Shown: positions 1 to 16,040 of the stretch, one piece after another
Layout: each line of letters starts with the position of its first letter
Numbering within the stretch: position 1 is the stretch's first letter
The notes under the pieces: model-generated
What the model was told of the DNA's origin: nothing
The model's input: only the letters and a program-made list of their open reading frames with translations
Databases searched by the model: none
Assembly: GCA_051294375.1 (NCBI GenBank)
Contig: CM119271.1
Coordinates: forward strand, 6,003,991 to 6,067,990
Direction: 5' to 3'
Source: Paraspadella gotoi
Taxonomy: Eukaryota > Animalia > Chaetognatha
Length of the DNA: 64,000 bases
Made by a program: the position numbers and the translations under genes

Positions 1-183
1 GAAAAAACGAAAGAAAGAATATAAGAAAATAAATAAATAAAATTGAGGTTAAAGGAAAAGTATATGCTCAATGCTCATGCAATGATCTCATCCGTAACAA
101 CTGGGGATTCGGGATTCTCCAACAAAAAGAAGAACAAAGAACCAAAAAACAAAACAAATAATAAAACATTTATATTTGCGAAC

Positions 184-290
184 CCAAGCGGCGCAGTTCG
201 TGAAGGCATGTCGGGATCGATAAGAACGATCGTGTAGTAGTGATCGTCTAACATGCCGGGCCATGTCACGGACACGGGCTGGTAGCGAAC
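184..290 (-). CDS. Internal exon of EGF-PEBP gene (PEBP core: VRYQPVSVTWPGMLDDHYYTIVLIDPDMPSRTAPLG); gene continues beyond the left edge
   Basis: cccacag acceptor, GT donor, 107 nt phase 0/2; contains the PEBP signature Y-T-hydrophobic-D-P-D-x-P-S-R and follows a TPTQ exon end as in PEBP1-like genes. Confidence 0.9.
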
Positions 291-730
291 CTGTGGGATT
301 GAGAGGAAGGAAGGAAGGAATTTGAACAGAGTTGAAATCATTAGGATTCTGAAAAATGTGCAAAGTCGATCGATTTGATTCGACGACGAATCGTCGATCT
401 TTAATTAGGAATCGAACCTTCGATCGCATTTAAAAATGTTCAAACCGATTTTCAGAGGCCATGATAAATGTAGAGTTGGAAGACAACTCGGGATTTCGGG
501 TAAATATTCAATTCATTCATTCGCTCGTTCGTTCTTTCCTTTGGTGTAACTTATTTTTGTCACAGTAGGAGTGCTAACAAGAAACGACGAATTTCAAGGT
601 ATTGTAGCCAATCGGAGTGATCATTTGTCACAATCTTCGTTTCAAACCTCATTTGCATATTATAATTATATTATAATTATTTCTAGCTGCTCCATTTAAT
701 TATTAAATTATATTATTCTTTTAAACTAAC

Positions 731-858
731 TTGGGTGGGGGTGTTCTCCTTGCCGGTGTCTTCGTCCAGAGAGAGATAGCCGGTGTAGACGATTCGCATA
801 TTCGCTACTGGGGCTTCGTCAATCAATTCTGTAATCAAGCCGTTTCTGACGAACAACT
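731..858 (-). CDS. Exon of EGF-PEBP gene (PEBP N-terminus: ELFVRNGLITELIDEAPVANMRIVYTGYLSLDEDTGKENTPTQ)
   Basis: cgacag acceptor, gttagt donor, 128 nt phase 1/0; resembles PEBP N-terminal pattern (V/I-D-x-A-P...V-x-Y...G-x-E-x-T-P-T-Q) and joins exon 184-290 in frame. Confidence 0.85.
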
Positions 859-1029
859 CTGTCGCGGTGAAGAAAAATATCTTTAATCAATAAAGTTTTT
901 TAACATTTATCGATGTTAATATCGATAATGTAGTTTTTGTTATTAATAAAAAGTAATAAAATTATCAATGAAGTTTTTTAACATTTAACACTTGTTTGTA
1001 TTCAATTATGTTAATAACGCTTTTTTTAG

Positions 1030-1255
1030 GGTCAAACTTTGTCAATGGGGTAGGTCAAAAGTTTGATTTGGGAACCTTCTCAAATGGACCAAAATTTTCT
1101 AAAATAGCAAGAAGCAATAGTAATTAATTTTTTAATATTTATATATAGATAGGAAATGTCAAATTTTTTTTATTTTTAAAAGCAGATTCAGATAGCTTAT
1201 GAAAAGTTGTCTACACAAAGTATAATTCTTTTTTCAATATTTTGATGATTTTTGT
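1030..1255. repeat. Dispersed repeat, also at ~8480-8700 and ~50400-50660
   Basis: Shared caaacttt..tcaatgggg..ggtca.aagtttgatttgggaaccttc and gcagattcagatagcttat..aaagttgtctacacaaa blocks. Confidence 0.7.
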
Positions 1256-1402
1256 TATTAATAAAAAAAACATTTAAAAACAATGTTTTAAGGGTACGAA
1301 GGCGATTGAGTCAAATATTTAAAATAGTTAGAAATGCATATCTCTTCAACCCAAGTTTAAAGAAATAAAGTTATAATTAAAACTAAAAACAAATTTCCCG
1401 AC

Positions 1403-1637
1403 CTCGTTTCGACGATTGACTGTATTCGCAAAAGAGTCCAGAATATCCTTGTTGGCAGGAGCAGGTGTAGTACGGTCCCATCCAAGGAACGCATATTCCA
1501 CCGTTTCGGCAGAAAGAATTGGAGCAGGCCTTTGACTGCTGGGGGGCAGAAATGTCAGTGAGCGCGGCGGCCGGCGCATCGTCATTTTCCGCGGGAAGTG
1601 ACGAGGCCACGCCCACGAACACCGCCACGAGAATCGC
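1403..1637 (-). CDS. Exon with hydrophobic leader and EGF-like domain (AILVAVFVGVASS...CSNSFCRNGGICVPWMGPYYTCSCQQGYSGLFCE...SSKR)
   Basis: Six-cysteine EGF spacing with CxNGGxC and CxCxxGYxGxxC; tttcag acceptor; phase-1 donor G|gtcggg completes GAG with the AG starting exon 731-858. Confidence 0.85.
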
Positions 1638-1698
1638 CTGAAACCTGACGGGTAAGAGGAGGAAAATGTAATCTAAAAAAATATAATTATATAATAAT

Positions 1699-1790
1699 AT
1701 ACTCTGGGAGTGAATAAACAAGACTGTGAGAGAGTCTTGATTGAAAGCTTGCAGGGACCTGCTATGTCATTATCTTGTAAGAGTGATGGA
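1699..1790. repeat. Dispersed repeat, also at ~9155, ~41429 and ~46256
   Basis: tactctgggagtgaata.ac.agactgtgagagagtct.gattgaaagcttgcag shared; hairpin caagac/gtcttg versus cgagac/gtctcg covaries. Confidence 0.75.
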
Positions 1791-2144
1791 GGCCTTAAAC
1801 CACCAAAGCCTGTCCAAAGTCAGGGGCAAGATAGCTTATTTATTAAATGAATGGATAATTTTTATATTGGTTGTACCAATTTCATATAATAATATAATAT
1901 AATGATGGAGGTCTTAAACCACCAATGACTGTCCAAAGTCTGGGGCAAGATAGCTTATTTATTAAATGAATCGATAATGATTATTTTGGTTGTACCAATT
2001 TCATACTAAAGAAAAAATACTTTAGGCTTGAACAGGTGGAACTGGTCCATTTTCTATGCATTATTGATTATGTCAAATTTTTTATGGGCGATTAGTCAAC
2101 TTAATTTCTCATTCCTAAACTGGAGGCTCGTAAAAGGCAAAAAC

Positions 2145-2195
2145 CTGATTCGATGCTTCTAGCAAAAGAGCGAGAACGATTAATGGCCCGACCAT
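2145..2195 (-). CDS. Candidate first coding exon of EGF-PEBP gene (MVGPLIVLALLLEASNQ)
   Basis: ATG, hydrophobic stretch, CAG|gttttt donor in phase 0 matching the 1637 acceptor; other donors near 2341 and 2429 are alternatives. Confidence 0.3.
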
Positions 2196-5100
2196 GTCTG
2201 TCTGGTGCCAACCGGATCTAACTGGTCAAATTTTGAAGTCGGTCGTGAAAATTCCCGCACCTTTTGTCGATCATGCTGGCGGGGAAGATTTGGCAGAAAA
2301 TGTTGACCGGCAAATCCGATGGGGAATGCTGCTGAATTTACCTTTGTATAGGATTTTCGGTTTTTATTAAATTTTTTCGTTGTATTAAATCCCGCTTGGA
2401 AGAAGAGATCCCCTTCCTGCAGCTCTTACCTTGGATGAGATTTAAAGAAAAAAGTGGAGAACCCTCGGTTTTTCTTCTGAAAAAAAAACTCGCTCTTCTC
2501 ATCTTCCTTACTTTTTCATCTTCTTTATTCAATTTTATGTTTATTTGTCACACGGTGAGTGTGAAGAATGTCTAGGGTAAAAATTTTTTTTCGAAACTAA
2601 ATAGTTGAAGAACTAACTTTGTTAATTTTAGAATACAAAATAAATTATATAATTTGTTGACTGTTCTAATTTTTTATTTTTTATTTGGCTCTTTTTTGTT
2701 TAAAAAAAAAAAATTCTAAAACCCCGCGTGCGCATTGTGTCACTTTTGAGACCCCACACAAACTCTTCAATTTTCAAAAAGGACAACGGAAAACGGGTTT
2801 CTCGTTCAAATTTGTTCTTTGGTTGAGAAAAGCAATGATGCTCCATTGTGAAGTCGCATCTGTCAACACGTGAAAAAAGAAAAAGTGGAAAAATAAATAA
2901 TCGGGGGGGATAACCAAGGTGTGAATGAAAAAAAGAGATTAAGTGAATTAAAAAGAAAATTGATAACGCAGACAATTTCTTTTCCTCTTAACAAAATTTT
3001 TAAAATTCGGCTTGTTTAATGAAAAAATTAAAAAAAGGAAAGATACAAAGAATGAAAGGAAATGGAAAAAGGATCTCTTACATGGTTGCTATGACAAACA
3101 ATTAATGCTTGATTTCCAAAGAATACATGGAATCCATGATGGATCTATTCTAATCATTTACGGCATAAAGAAAGTAGACTTGCCGTGTTGCGCAATTTCT
3201 ACGATAAACTTTCCTATTAAATTGTATATATAAGTATATACATGTAATTTTTTGTTGTTTAAAATTCTAACAACGTTATTTTTTATTTTGTGCCTTGAGT
3301 TATGGCTCTTCGGGTAATTTACTGATTTAGTTCATTTTTATCATATTTTATGCGCGGTATTAAAATGATTTTGAATCGGACTTATAATATGATTAGGAAA
3401 TTATTCTCACAAAAGAATTTGGCCTCGCAATAGAATTTCGAATATCAATGTAACTCGAGGCTAATGCAGAGAAAAAGACGTTTAGACCTTGCCTTTCTTC
3501 TATTCAGATAAACAAGCGACAGTCAATACATTTCTTACATATTTCCTCCACAAGTAGATACATCTTTACTCCTAATTCACGATTTCTGCATCGAATACTT
3601 TGATTTTCCGAAATTAGTAATTTATTATTCATCGAAACTCCTAAAACGCAGTGAAAAAAAAACGTTTCTTCGCTTTCCTCTTGTTTATTTTATTTAATAC
3701 CGTTTACAAACATTTGTCACTCGAGAATTACTTTCCCAAACAGAATGACTAATGTCCATTGCTAAAGATTCTCTGTTAGCAAATATCAATCGTACAATTG
3801 ATCCGCCAGAAAGGAAAAAAAAAACTTTTTCAAGGACGCTTCGGTTGACTCGGCAAACAATTCGCTCTTTCCTCTCTCAGATTCAAAGAAGCGACGAATC
3901 ATTTCCCTGTTCCTCGGAATTCGTTCAAGATGTACACGATTCACTTTCAACCGAAGCTTGAATTAACCGAGGCGTCTCTTCCTTCCTCTCCTCTATTCAC
4001 ATCATAACTTCCACTCTTCATCTTCCCATTTCTCACGTTTTATATTTCCAAACCTTGTCTCCACGCCTTCTCACTTTTCCACTCCTCATCTGCCAACCTT
4101 TTAATTTCCACTCCTTTTCTTTCCTCATTTATATTTCCACTCCTATTTTTTTCCCAGGTATATTTCCAATTCTCATTTACTATTACTAATACTAACTTTT
4201 GTAATTCCAATCTGAGTCTTTCCCCTATCTTTTCACCCTTACAATTCTTTTCCCATATTTTTTAACATCATTACTTCCACTCCTAGTCTTCCCACATTTT
4301 TTATTTCAATTTCTTGTCTTTCCTCATTTATATTAAATTCCACTACTCCGTTTTCTAATCTTTCCGCTACTAATCCTCGCAGTCTTGCCAGTTTTGCTCC
4401 TTTTTTCTCCATCCCTTTCTCGTGTATTTTTGTTTGGGTATCTAAACATCTGTAGACTACATCCATTCATCTCGATTACCGGGTGGAACCTATCGATTTT
4501 CGAGGCGGAAGTCGGGAGAATGAATGGGGTGACGGTGGAGGGGGAACCCAAGGGAAAGAGAAAAGAAATATATGAAGATTGTATTGACTAATAAGTCTAT
4601 AAAAGAGAGAGAGCAAAGAGAGAAAAGAAAAAAGTAAATTATAGAAAAGAAAGAAGTCAAGAACCGAACCGAAAAATAAATTGATTACATCGACTCCCGG
4701 ATGCGAAGCGACATCACGTGAACAGCGATGGAGTGATTAATGCTCGGAATAACACGAATTGACGAGTCGCCTAATCGGTGAACCCGAGAGTGAACTTTTT
4801 TTTCTTTATCTGACGCAACATGTCTTCAATGTTCGCGATGTATGTAGTAAATTCCATCATCTCTAATAATCGTCTCGTCTCTTTTGACCCACTTTTTAAT
4901 CTTCACTTTTTCTTTCCTCAAAATTTTGTTTTTCAAATTAAATTTAATCCCTTTTCACTCGAACAAAGTTGGACGGGATGTGGAGCAGAAAAACACGTCA
5001 TTTTTGGTCGTCGTCGTCGTCGTCGTCATATCGGTTTGTTCGAAGGAGACGAGACACATAAATTTCGACAAATAGTGGGAGACCTTATCGCCTCTTTTCT

Positions 5101-5857
5101 ACTCTTTCTCGTTCTTAATAGTTAATTGGAAGGACGCGCGTTTATCTTAGTGTCCGACGAGGGGGTCCGCCCCCTCCCCCTGACCCCTTCTCCAAAGCAG
5201 CCTCTCCCACAAGGGTCTGAGGTTGTTAGACCGGCGATGACCGGTTTGGACGGGTTTTGACCAGTTGAGACTCTATTGTTCTTTTCTGTCAAATTGACAA
5301 ATACGACGATGGATCTATTAAAAAGTTATACTTGACAAGGTCTACATTATAAAATCCGATGCAGTGCATGTCGAACGCTCACGCGATCACCCGGAAATAC
5401 ACGCGAGAAGAACGTCACTGCGATGCAACACATTGGAATGATCGTTCTTGTTTTTAAAGCAGTAAAAGGGTTAAGATCAAATTAAAATCATATATCAAAT
5501 TCAATTTGCCCTTCGGAAGATAAGACATGCGTTCGTTATTGTTTCAATTAAAGCTGGACCGGTTTAGGACGCGCGAGGATCCATTACGGACGAACTCGCC
5601 GCTTAACTCTTTTAACGGTTAACACCTTGTTTTTCTCAAGAGCCCAAGCTCAAGCTTTTTAATCCTATTCCTCATGCCCCCCCCTTTTTTTTCTACTCTA
5701 CTCCTTCCATCTCTTTGCCTAACCCGTTCTTAATCCTCTTGTCCGATAATTTCTCACAAGTTTCACCATCCGATACTCGAGGAACTTTTAATTCATGGCA
5801 AGGAAATCATTTCGATCGATGGAGGGATCAATTCACTTTTGCGCGCCCCCAGGGGAG

Positions 5858-5962
<105 letters not shown>

Positions 5963-6200
5963 TCTTACACGAATGTAGGGGAAAGGGTTTCAAGGTTTGC
6001 GGCGCCGCCTTGTCGATCTCTGCCACGTGACCGAGTCACGTGACTGTGTCAGGTGATGACGTCACGTGAAATGACTTTTAACATCGAAGATCTTAGTTGG
6101 AATGATCATCCAAGAAAGATTTCTTTCATCGCATGCAGAATCGCAGATATCACGCTATAACGGAACACATCAGGTCCTTTTTGTCAATTAATCATTTTTA

Positions 6201-6258
<58 letters not shown>

Positions 6259-6308
6259 TCAGTAGATAGGCCCCGTCAGAATTAATTTTTACTGTGTATA
6301 AAGCGATT

Positions 6309-7772
<1,464 letters not shown>

Positions 7773-8179
7773 CTGCGCGGGGGGGAGGGACAATTTGATT
7801 AATAGCCTCTTGATTTTAGGACAAATTGGGCGGAGGAACCTATTTTGCCTCTTTTTTTGATCTCGATTTGTCTCGATCATTTGCGATTATTGAGATTAGA
7901 ATAAAAAAATTAAATGTAGAGTTGGAAGACAACTCGGGATTTCGGGTAAATATTCAATTCATTCATTCGCTCGTTCGTTCTTTTCCTTTGGTGTAACTTA
8001 TTTTTGTCACAGTAGGAGTGCTAACAAGAAACGACGAATTTCAAGGTATTGTAGCCAATCGGAGTGGATCATTTTGTCACAATCTTCGTTTCAAACCTCA
8101 TTTGCATATTATAATTATATTATAATTATTTCTAGCTGCTCCATTTAATTATTAAATTATATTATTCTTTTAAACTAAC

Positions 8180-9091
8180 TTGGGTGGGGGTGTTCTCCTT
8201 GCCGGTGTCTTCGTCCAGAGAGAGATAGCCGCGTGTAAGACGATTCGCATATTCCTACCTGGGGCTTCGTCAATCAATTCTGTAATCAAGCCGTTTCTGA
8301 CGAACAACTCTGTCGCGGTGAAGAAAAATATCTTTAATTCATAAAGTTTTTTAACATTTATCGATGTTAATATCGATAATGTAGTTTTTGTTATTAATAA
8401 AAAGTAATAAAATTATCAATGAAGTTTTTTAACATTTTAACACTTGTTTGTATTCATTATGTTAATAACGCTTTTTTTAGGGTCAAACTTTGTCAATGGG
8501 GTAGGTCAAAGTTGATTTGGGAACCTTCTCAAATGGACCAAAATTTTCTAAAATAGCAAGAAGCAATAGTAATTATTTTTTTAATATTTATATATAGATA
8601 GGAAATGTCAAATTTTTTTATTTTTAAAAGCAGGATTCAGATAGCTATGAAAAGTTGTCTACACAAAGTATAATTCTTTTTTCATATTTTGATGATTTTT
8701 GTTATTAATAAAAAAAACATTTAAAAACAATGTTTTAAGGGTACGAAGGCGATTGAGTCAAATATTTAAAAATAGTTAGAAATGCATATCTCTTCAACCC
8801 AAGTTTAAAGAAATAAAGTTATAAATTAAAACTAAAAACAAATTTCCCGACCTCGTTTCGACGATTGACTGTATTCGCAAAAGAGTCCAGAATATCCTTG
8901 TTGGCAGGAGCAGGTGTAGTACGGTCCCATCCAGAGGAACGCATATTCCACCGTTTCGGCAGAAAGAATTGGAGGCAGGCCTTTGAACGTGCTGGGGGGC
9001 AGAATGTCAGTGAGCTCGGCGGGCCGCGCATCTTCATTTTCCGCGGGAAGTGACGAGGCCACGCCCACGAACACGCGCCAACGAGAATCGC
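8180..9091 (-). pseudogene. Frameshifted duplicate of the EGF and first PEBP exons, lacking the downstream PEBP exon
   Basis: Homologous to 731-1637 with several indels; may be sequencing error rather than a true pseudogene. Confidence 0.6.
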
Positions 9092-12000
9092 CTGAAACGC
9101 ATGACGGGTAAGAGGAGGAAAAATGTAATCTAAAAAATATAATTATATATAATATACTCTGGGAGTGAATAAACAAGACTGTGAGAGAGTCTTGATTGAA
9201 AAGCTTGCAGGGACCTGCTATGTCATTATCTTGTAAGAGTGATGGAGGCCTTAAAGCACCAAAGCCTGTCCAAAGTCAGGGGCAAGATGCTTATTTATTA
9301 AATGAATGGATAATTTTTGTATTGGTTGTACCAATTTCATATAAATAATATAATATAATGATGGAGGTCTTAAGCCACCAATGACTGTCCAAAGTCTGGG
9401 GCAAGATAGCTTTATGTTATTAAAATGAATCGATAATGATTATTTGGTTGTACCAATTTCATACTAAAGAAAAATACTTTAGGCTTGAACAGGTGGAACT
9501 GGTCCATTTTCTATGCATTATTGTTATTTCAAATTTTTTATGGGCGATTATCACTTAATTTCTCATTCCTAACTGGAGGCTCGTAAAAGGCAAAACCTGG
9601 ATATCGATGCTTCTAGCAAATAGAGACGAGAACGATTAATGGCCAACGAACCATGACTGACTGATATTGCTGGTGCTCAACCGTGATCTAACTGGTCAAA
9701 TTTTGAAGTCGGTGGCGTGAAAATCCCCGCAGACCTGTTTGTCGAATTCATGCATGGCTGGGGAAGATTTGGCAGAGAATGTAGTACCGGCAAATCCGAT
9801 GGGGATGCTTGCTGGAATTTACCTTTGTATAGGATTTTCGGTTTTTAAATTAAAGTTTTTTCGTTGTATTAAATCCTGCGCTTGACAGAAGAGATCCCCT
9901 TCCTGCAGTCTCCTTACACTATGGATGAGGATTTAAAGAAAAAAGTGGAGAACCCTCTGGTTTTTCTTCTGAAAAAAAACTCGCTCTTCTCATCTTCCTT
10001 ACTTTGTTCATCTTCTTATTGCAATTTTTTTATGTTTATTTTGTCACACGGACGTGAGTGTGAAGAATAAGTCTAGGGTAAAAATTTTTTTTTCGAAACT
10101 AAATAGTTGAAGAACTAACTTTGGTATAATCCTTTATGAGATACAACAGATAAATTATATAATTTGTTGACTGTTCTAATTTTTATTTTGTATTTGGCTC
10201 TTTTTGTTTAAAAAAAAAATTCTAAACCCCGCGTGGCGGATGCATTGTGTCACTTTTGAGACCCCCACACAACTCTTCAATTTTCAAAAAACATACGGAA
10301 AAGCCGGGTTTCATTCGTTCAAGGGTATGTGTATTTCTGTGGTGGTTGAGAAAAGCAATGATGCTCCATTGTGAAGTCGCATGCTTGTCAACACGTGAAA
10401 AAGAAAAAGTGAAAAAAATAAATAATCGGGGGGATAACCAAGGTGTGAATGAAAAAAGAGATTAAGTGAATTAAAAAGATACAATTGATAACGCAGACAA
10501 TGGTTCTTTTCCTCTTAACACAGAAATTTTTAGAAATTCGGATCTTGTTTAATGAAAAATTAAAAAAGGAATAGATACAAGAATGAATGGAAATGCGAAT
10601 ACAAGTGTTGATTACTCAGTGGTTGCTAATGACAAACAATTAATGCTGATTTCCAAAGAATACATGGAATCCTATGGATGGAATCTATTCTAATCATTGT
10701 TACGGCATAAAGTAAAGCTAGACTTGCCGTGTTGTGCGCAATTATCTTACGATAAATTTCCTATTAAATTGTATATATAAAAGTATACTAACATATTTAT
10801 GTAATTTTTTTGTTGTTTTAAGAAAGTATCTAACAACGTTATTTTTATGTTTGTGCCATTGAGTTATGGCTCTTCGGTCGTGATTTACTGACTTTAGTTC
10901 ATTTTTATCATTAGTTTTATGCGCGCGTATTGTTACGGAAAAGTGAGATTTTGAATCGGACTTAATAATATGATATTAAGGAAATTAGTTCTCACAAGAA
11001 GAATTTGGCCTCGCAATAGAATTTCGAATATCAATGTACTCGAGCTAATAGCAGAGAAAAAACGTTTTAGACCTTGCTTTCTTCTATTCAGGAATAAACA
11101 AGCAGACAGTCCAATACATTTCTTACATATTTCCTCCACAAGTAATACAGTCTTTACTCCTAATTCACGATTTCTGCATCGAATACTTTGATTTTCCGAA
11201 TTAGTAATTTATGTATTCATCGAAACTCCTAAAACGCAGTGGAAAAAACGTTTCTTTCGCTTTCCTCTTGTTTATTTTATTTAATACCGTTTACAACATT
11301 TGTCACTCGAGAATTACTTTCCCAAACAGAATGACTAATGTCCATTGCTAAAGATTCTCTGTTAGCAAATATAATCGTACAATTGATCCGCCAGAAAGGA
11401 AAAAAAACTTTTTCAAAGGACGCTTCGGTTGACTCGGCAAACGCAATTCGCTCTTCCTCTCCTCAGATTCAAAGAAGCGACGATCGATTTCCCTGTTCCT
11501 CGGAAATTCGTTCAGATGTACACGATTCACTTTCAATCCGAAGCTTGAATGTAACCGAGGCGTCTCTTCTTCCATCTCCTCCTATTCACATCATAACTTC
11601 CACTCTTCATCTTCCCATTTCTCTTTACGTTTTATATTCCAACCTTGTTCCACAGCCTTCCTCACTTTTCCACTCCTCATCTGCCAACCTTTTAATTTCC
11701 ACTCCTTTTCTTCCTCATTTATATTTCACTCCTATTTTTTTCTCCAAGGTATATTTCCAATTCTCATTTACTATTACTAATATATACTTTTGTAATTCCA
11801 ATCTGAGTCTTTCCACCTATCTTTTCACCCTGTACAATTCTTTTCCCATAATTTTTTTAAACATCATTACTTCCATCCTAGTCTTCCACATTTTTTATTT
11901 CAATTTCTTGATCTTTCCTCACTTTATCTTAAATTCCACTACTCCGTTTCTAATCTTTCCGCTACTAATCCTCGCAGTCCTTGCCAGTTTTGCTTCCTTT

Positions 12001-13500
12001 TTTCTCCATCCTTCTCGTGTATTTTTGTTTTGGGGTATCTAAAACTCTGTAGACTACATCCAATTCCATCTCGATTACCGGGTGGAACCTAAATCGATTT
12101 TCGAGAGCGGAAGTCGGGAGAATGAATGGGGTGACGGTGGAGGGGGAACGAACCAAGGAAAGAAGAAAAGAAAATGATAGTGAAGATTGTATTGACTAAT
12201 AAGGGTCATAGAAATGAGAGAGAGCAAAGAGAGAAAAGAAAAAGTAAATTATAGAATAAGAAAGAAGTCCAAGAAGCCGAAGCCGAAAATTAAATTGATT
12301 ACATCGACTCCCGGATGCGAAGCGACATCACGTGAACAGCGATGGAGAGTGATTAATGCTCGGAAACACGAATTGAGAGTCGCCTAATCGGTGAATCCGA
12401 GAGTGAACTTTTTTTCTTTTATCTGACGCAACATGTCGTTCAAATGTTCGCGATGTATGTAGTAAATTCCATCATCTCTATAATCGTCTCGTCTCTTTTG
12501 ACTCACTTTTAATCTTCACTTTTTCTTCCTCAAAATTTTGTTTTTCAAAATAAATTTAATATGCCCTTTTACTCGAACAAAGTTGGACGTGGATGTGGAG
12601 CGCAGAAAAACACGTCATTTTTGGTCGTCGTCGTCGTCGTCGTCATATCGAGGTTTGTTCGAAGGAGACGAGACACATAAATTTCGACAAATGATGGGAG
12701 ACCGACTGATATCGCCTCTTTTCTACTCTTTCTCGTTCTAATTAGTTAATTGAAGGACGCCGCGGTTTATCTTAGTGTCCGACAAGGGGTCCGCCCCCTC
12801 ACCCTGACCCCTTCTCCAAGCAGCCTCTCCCAGCAAGGTCTGAGGTTGTTAGATCGGCGTATGACCGGTTTGGACGGGTTTGGACGCAGTTGAGACTTCT
12901 ATGTTCTTTTTGTCAAATTGACAAATACGACGATGGATCTATTAAAAGTTATACTCTGGACAAGGTCTACATTAGTAAAATCCGATGCAGTGCATGTGCC
13001 GAACGCTCACGCGAATGCACGCCGGAAATACACGCGAGAAGAACGTCACTGCGATGCAACACATTGGAATGATCGTTCTTGTGTTTTAAAGGCAGTAAAA
13101 GGGTTAAGCATCAAATTAAAATCATTATCAAATTCAATTGCCTTCGGAAGATAAGACGAATGCGTCTTCGTATTTGTTTCATTAAAGCTGGACCGGTTTC
13201 TAGCGCGCGAGGATCCATTACGGACGAACTCGCCGCTTAACTCTTTAACGGTTAACACTTGTTTTTCTCAGAGCCAAGCTCAGCTTTTTGATCCTATTCC
13301 CTCATGCCCCCCCCTTTTTTTTTTCTACCTCTACTCCTTCCATCTCTTTGCTAACCCGTTCTTAATCTCTTTGGTCCCGACTAATTGTCTCACAAGTTAT
13401 CAGCCATCCGATACTCGAGGAACTTTTAAGTTCATGCAAGTGAAATATTTGCGATCGAGATGGAGCGGATCAGATTCCTTTTCGCGCCTCCCCAGGGGAG

Positions 13501-13578
<78 letters not shown>

Positions 13579-13850
13579 AGAGAGAGGGAGCAGCCCTTCT
13601 ATAACACCGAAATGATAGGGGAAAGGTTTCAAGGTTTGCGCGGCGGCCGCCTTGTCGATCTCTGCACGTGACCGACGTCAACGTGACTGTGTCAGGTGAT
13701 GGCGTCACGTGAAATGACTTTATTAAAATCATGAAGATCTTAGTTGGAATGATCATCCAAGAAAGATTTCTTTCAATCGCATGCAGAAGTCGCAGATATC
13801 ACGCTATAACGGAACACATCCAGGTCCTTTTTGTCAATTAATCATTTTTA

Positions 13851-13905
<55 letters not shown>

Positions 13906-14439
13906 TTTCTAGTAGATAGGCCCCGTCAGAATTAATTTTTACTGTGTATAAAGCGATTTCAGCAACTCATCTAATAGCCCTGGAACGGGTCCTGGCCTGA
14001 AGTTTTCCACGCCCTCATGGGAGTCTACGGCGTTTTCACGCTTCCTGCAGGGGAGGTACACTTAGAGATCGAGAAAATGGTCAAATGGACAAGTACTGAT
14101 CGTATCACTCAATGAACCACCGGGTCACGAGAGAAGGTGTCATGCTTATAGGCGTGGTGAACTTTTAGCAATGCCCGACTACAATACTAATAAGTAAACA
14201 GTAAGTAATCATAGTTAAACAATGGAATAATGGCTTATACTAAGCTTTTATATTATACATAACTTAACCTTTCAAAACTAACCCAACGATGTTTTTTGAG
14301 GCTGTTTTTAAGATGAAACTCAATCGACCCCAGACGATCGAAGGGAGACGACGATATCTCGGCTCCGTCGCCACTCCACCCAAAGCTAACACACGTCTCC
14401 TTTTCTCTAACCCTATTCTTCGATAGGAAGATAAAACAA

Positions 14440-14546
<107 letters not shown>

Positions 14547-14982
14547 CCCCCCGAAATCTAGAAAAGAAAACGTACGAAAAGACCGGGGGTTTTTCCCGGT
14601 CAATCCAAATGTGAAAAGAAAAAAGTGAAACGAAGAACAAACTGTATAATATACGTATTATAAACTATTCATAAAGGAGTAGGGCGTTAGTATATTTAAT
14701 ATTTATATTCATATGATTAACGAAGCATTGCCAAAAATCACCTGGCCAAGCCGTTCTTTACTTAATATCTTGCATTAGTGTTAAATGTTTTAGATACTTA
14801 TTACTAATTGAAATTTAGAAAAAAATAAAAATAGCCGCTAGGTTATTATATATGAAAACGCTTATCCATAGATACCAACGTATCGTAAAAAAACAACAAT
14901 AATAACCATAAAATGGTTTTTTTGAAGGGCTTGGGTATTATTTTTACAACCGTAACCGAGAGAGAGAGTAAGAGAGAGAGAA

Positions 14983-15074
<92 letters not shown>

Positions 15075-15978
15075 TAGGTGTAAGCGGAAGCGACAGAGAT
15101 AGCGAGTTTCAAAGGTTAACCCTCATAAAATATTTCGTGATCCGAAAATTTGTTGATCTTCGGGGCAAAAGTTTAAGAGGATAAGGATCGAATGGATTAT
15201 CACAAGTAATGTACGTCCTTTATAATTTGGACATTTTGAAAATACCAAGAGACATTGTGAAAATTCTAACAAACAAAACATCATTTGAGATCATTTTTAA
15301 AAAAATATCATGATTCTCAAAGACATGAATGAAATTATACAACTTTACTGACAGATTCAAGAGACATGGCATAGATTTCTGATGAAGATTCACGATTTGA
15401 AGCAAAAGAATTAAAAAGCTCGCGGGGGGGAGGGACAATTTGATTAATAGCCTCTTGATTTTAGGACAAATTGGGCGGAGGAACCTATTTTGCCTCTTTT
15501 TTTGATCTCGATTTGTCTCGATCATTTGCGATTATTGAGATTAGAAAAAAAAAAAAAATATTTGATGTAAAATAGTATTCTGCCTCACTAATTTTTTTTA
15601 TCAATAAATCAAAGAGGCAAGAGTAAAAAGGTCAAAGTCTTTGACAAGAATGAAAAAAAATGAGGGAATAATGAGTAAACANNNNNNNNNNNNNNNNNNN
15701 NNNNNNTGTGTAAGAGATACTTGTTTATTGTTTCACGTAGGAGGTATCAGAAATGTAAAATTAAGAGTTGATAGTGGTGTAGAGCAAAATAGGTTGTGGT
15801 AGATAGAAGACAAGAAAAAATCCATTAATTGAGAAAAGAAAAACAGTAGAAAAGACCAAAGAAGCTAAACCTGGGAAAACTTGATCGAAGATGACAGTCA
15901 AGATCGCTTCTCTTCTCCCTCTGGCACCAATTAACTCTTATTGTGTCGTCAAAATCGTCCTCCTTTTCTGGTTGGCGT

Positions 15979-16040
<62 letters not shown>

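Noticed and set aside
11338-12042. 234-aa hydrophobic plus-strand ORF
   Set aside because: Not open in the other duplicate copy; product of pyrimidine-rich composition.
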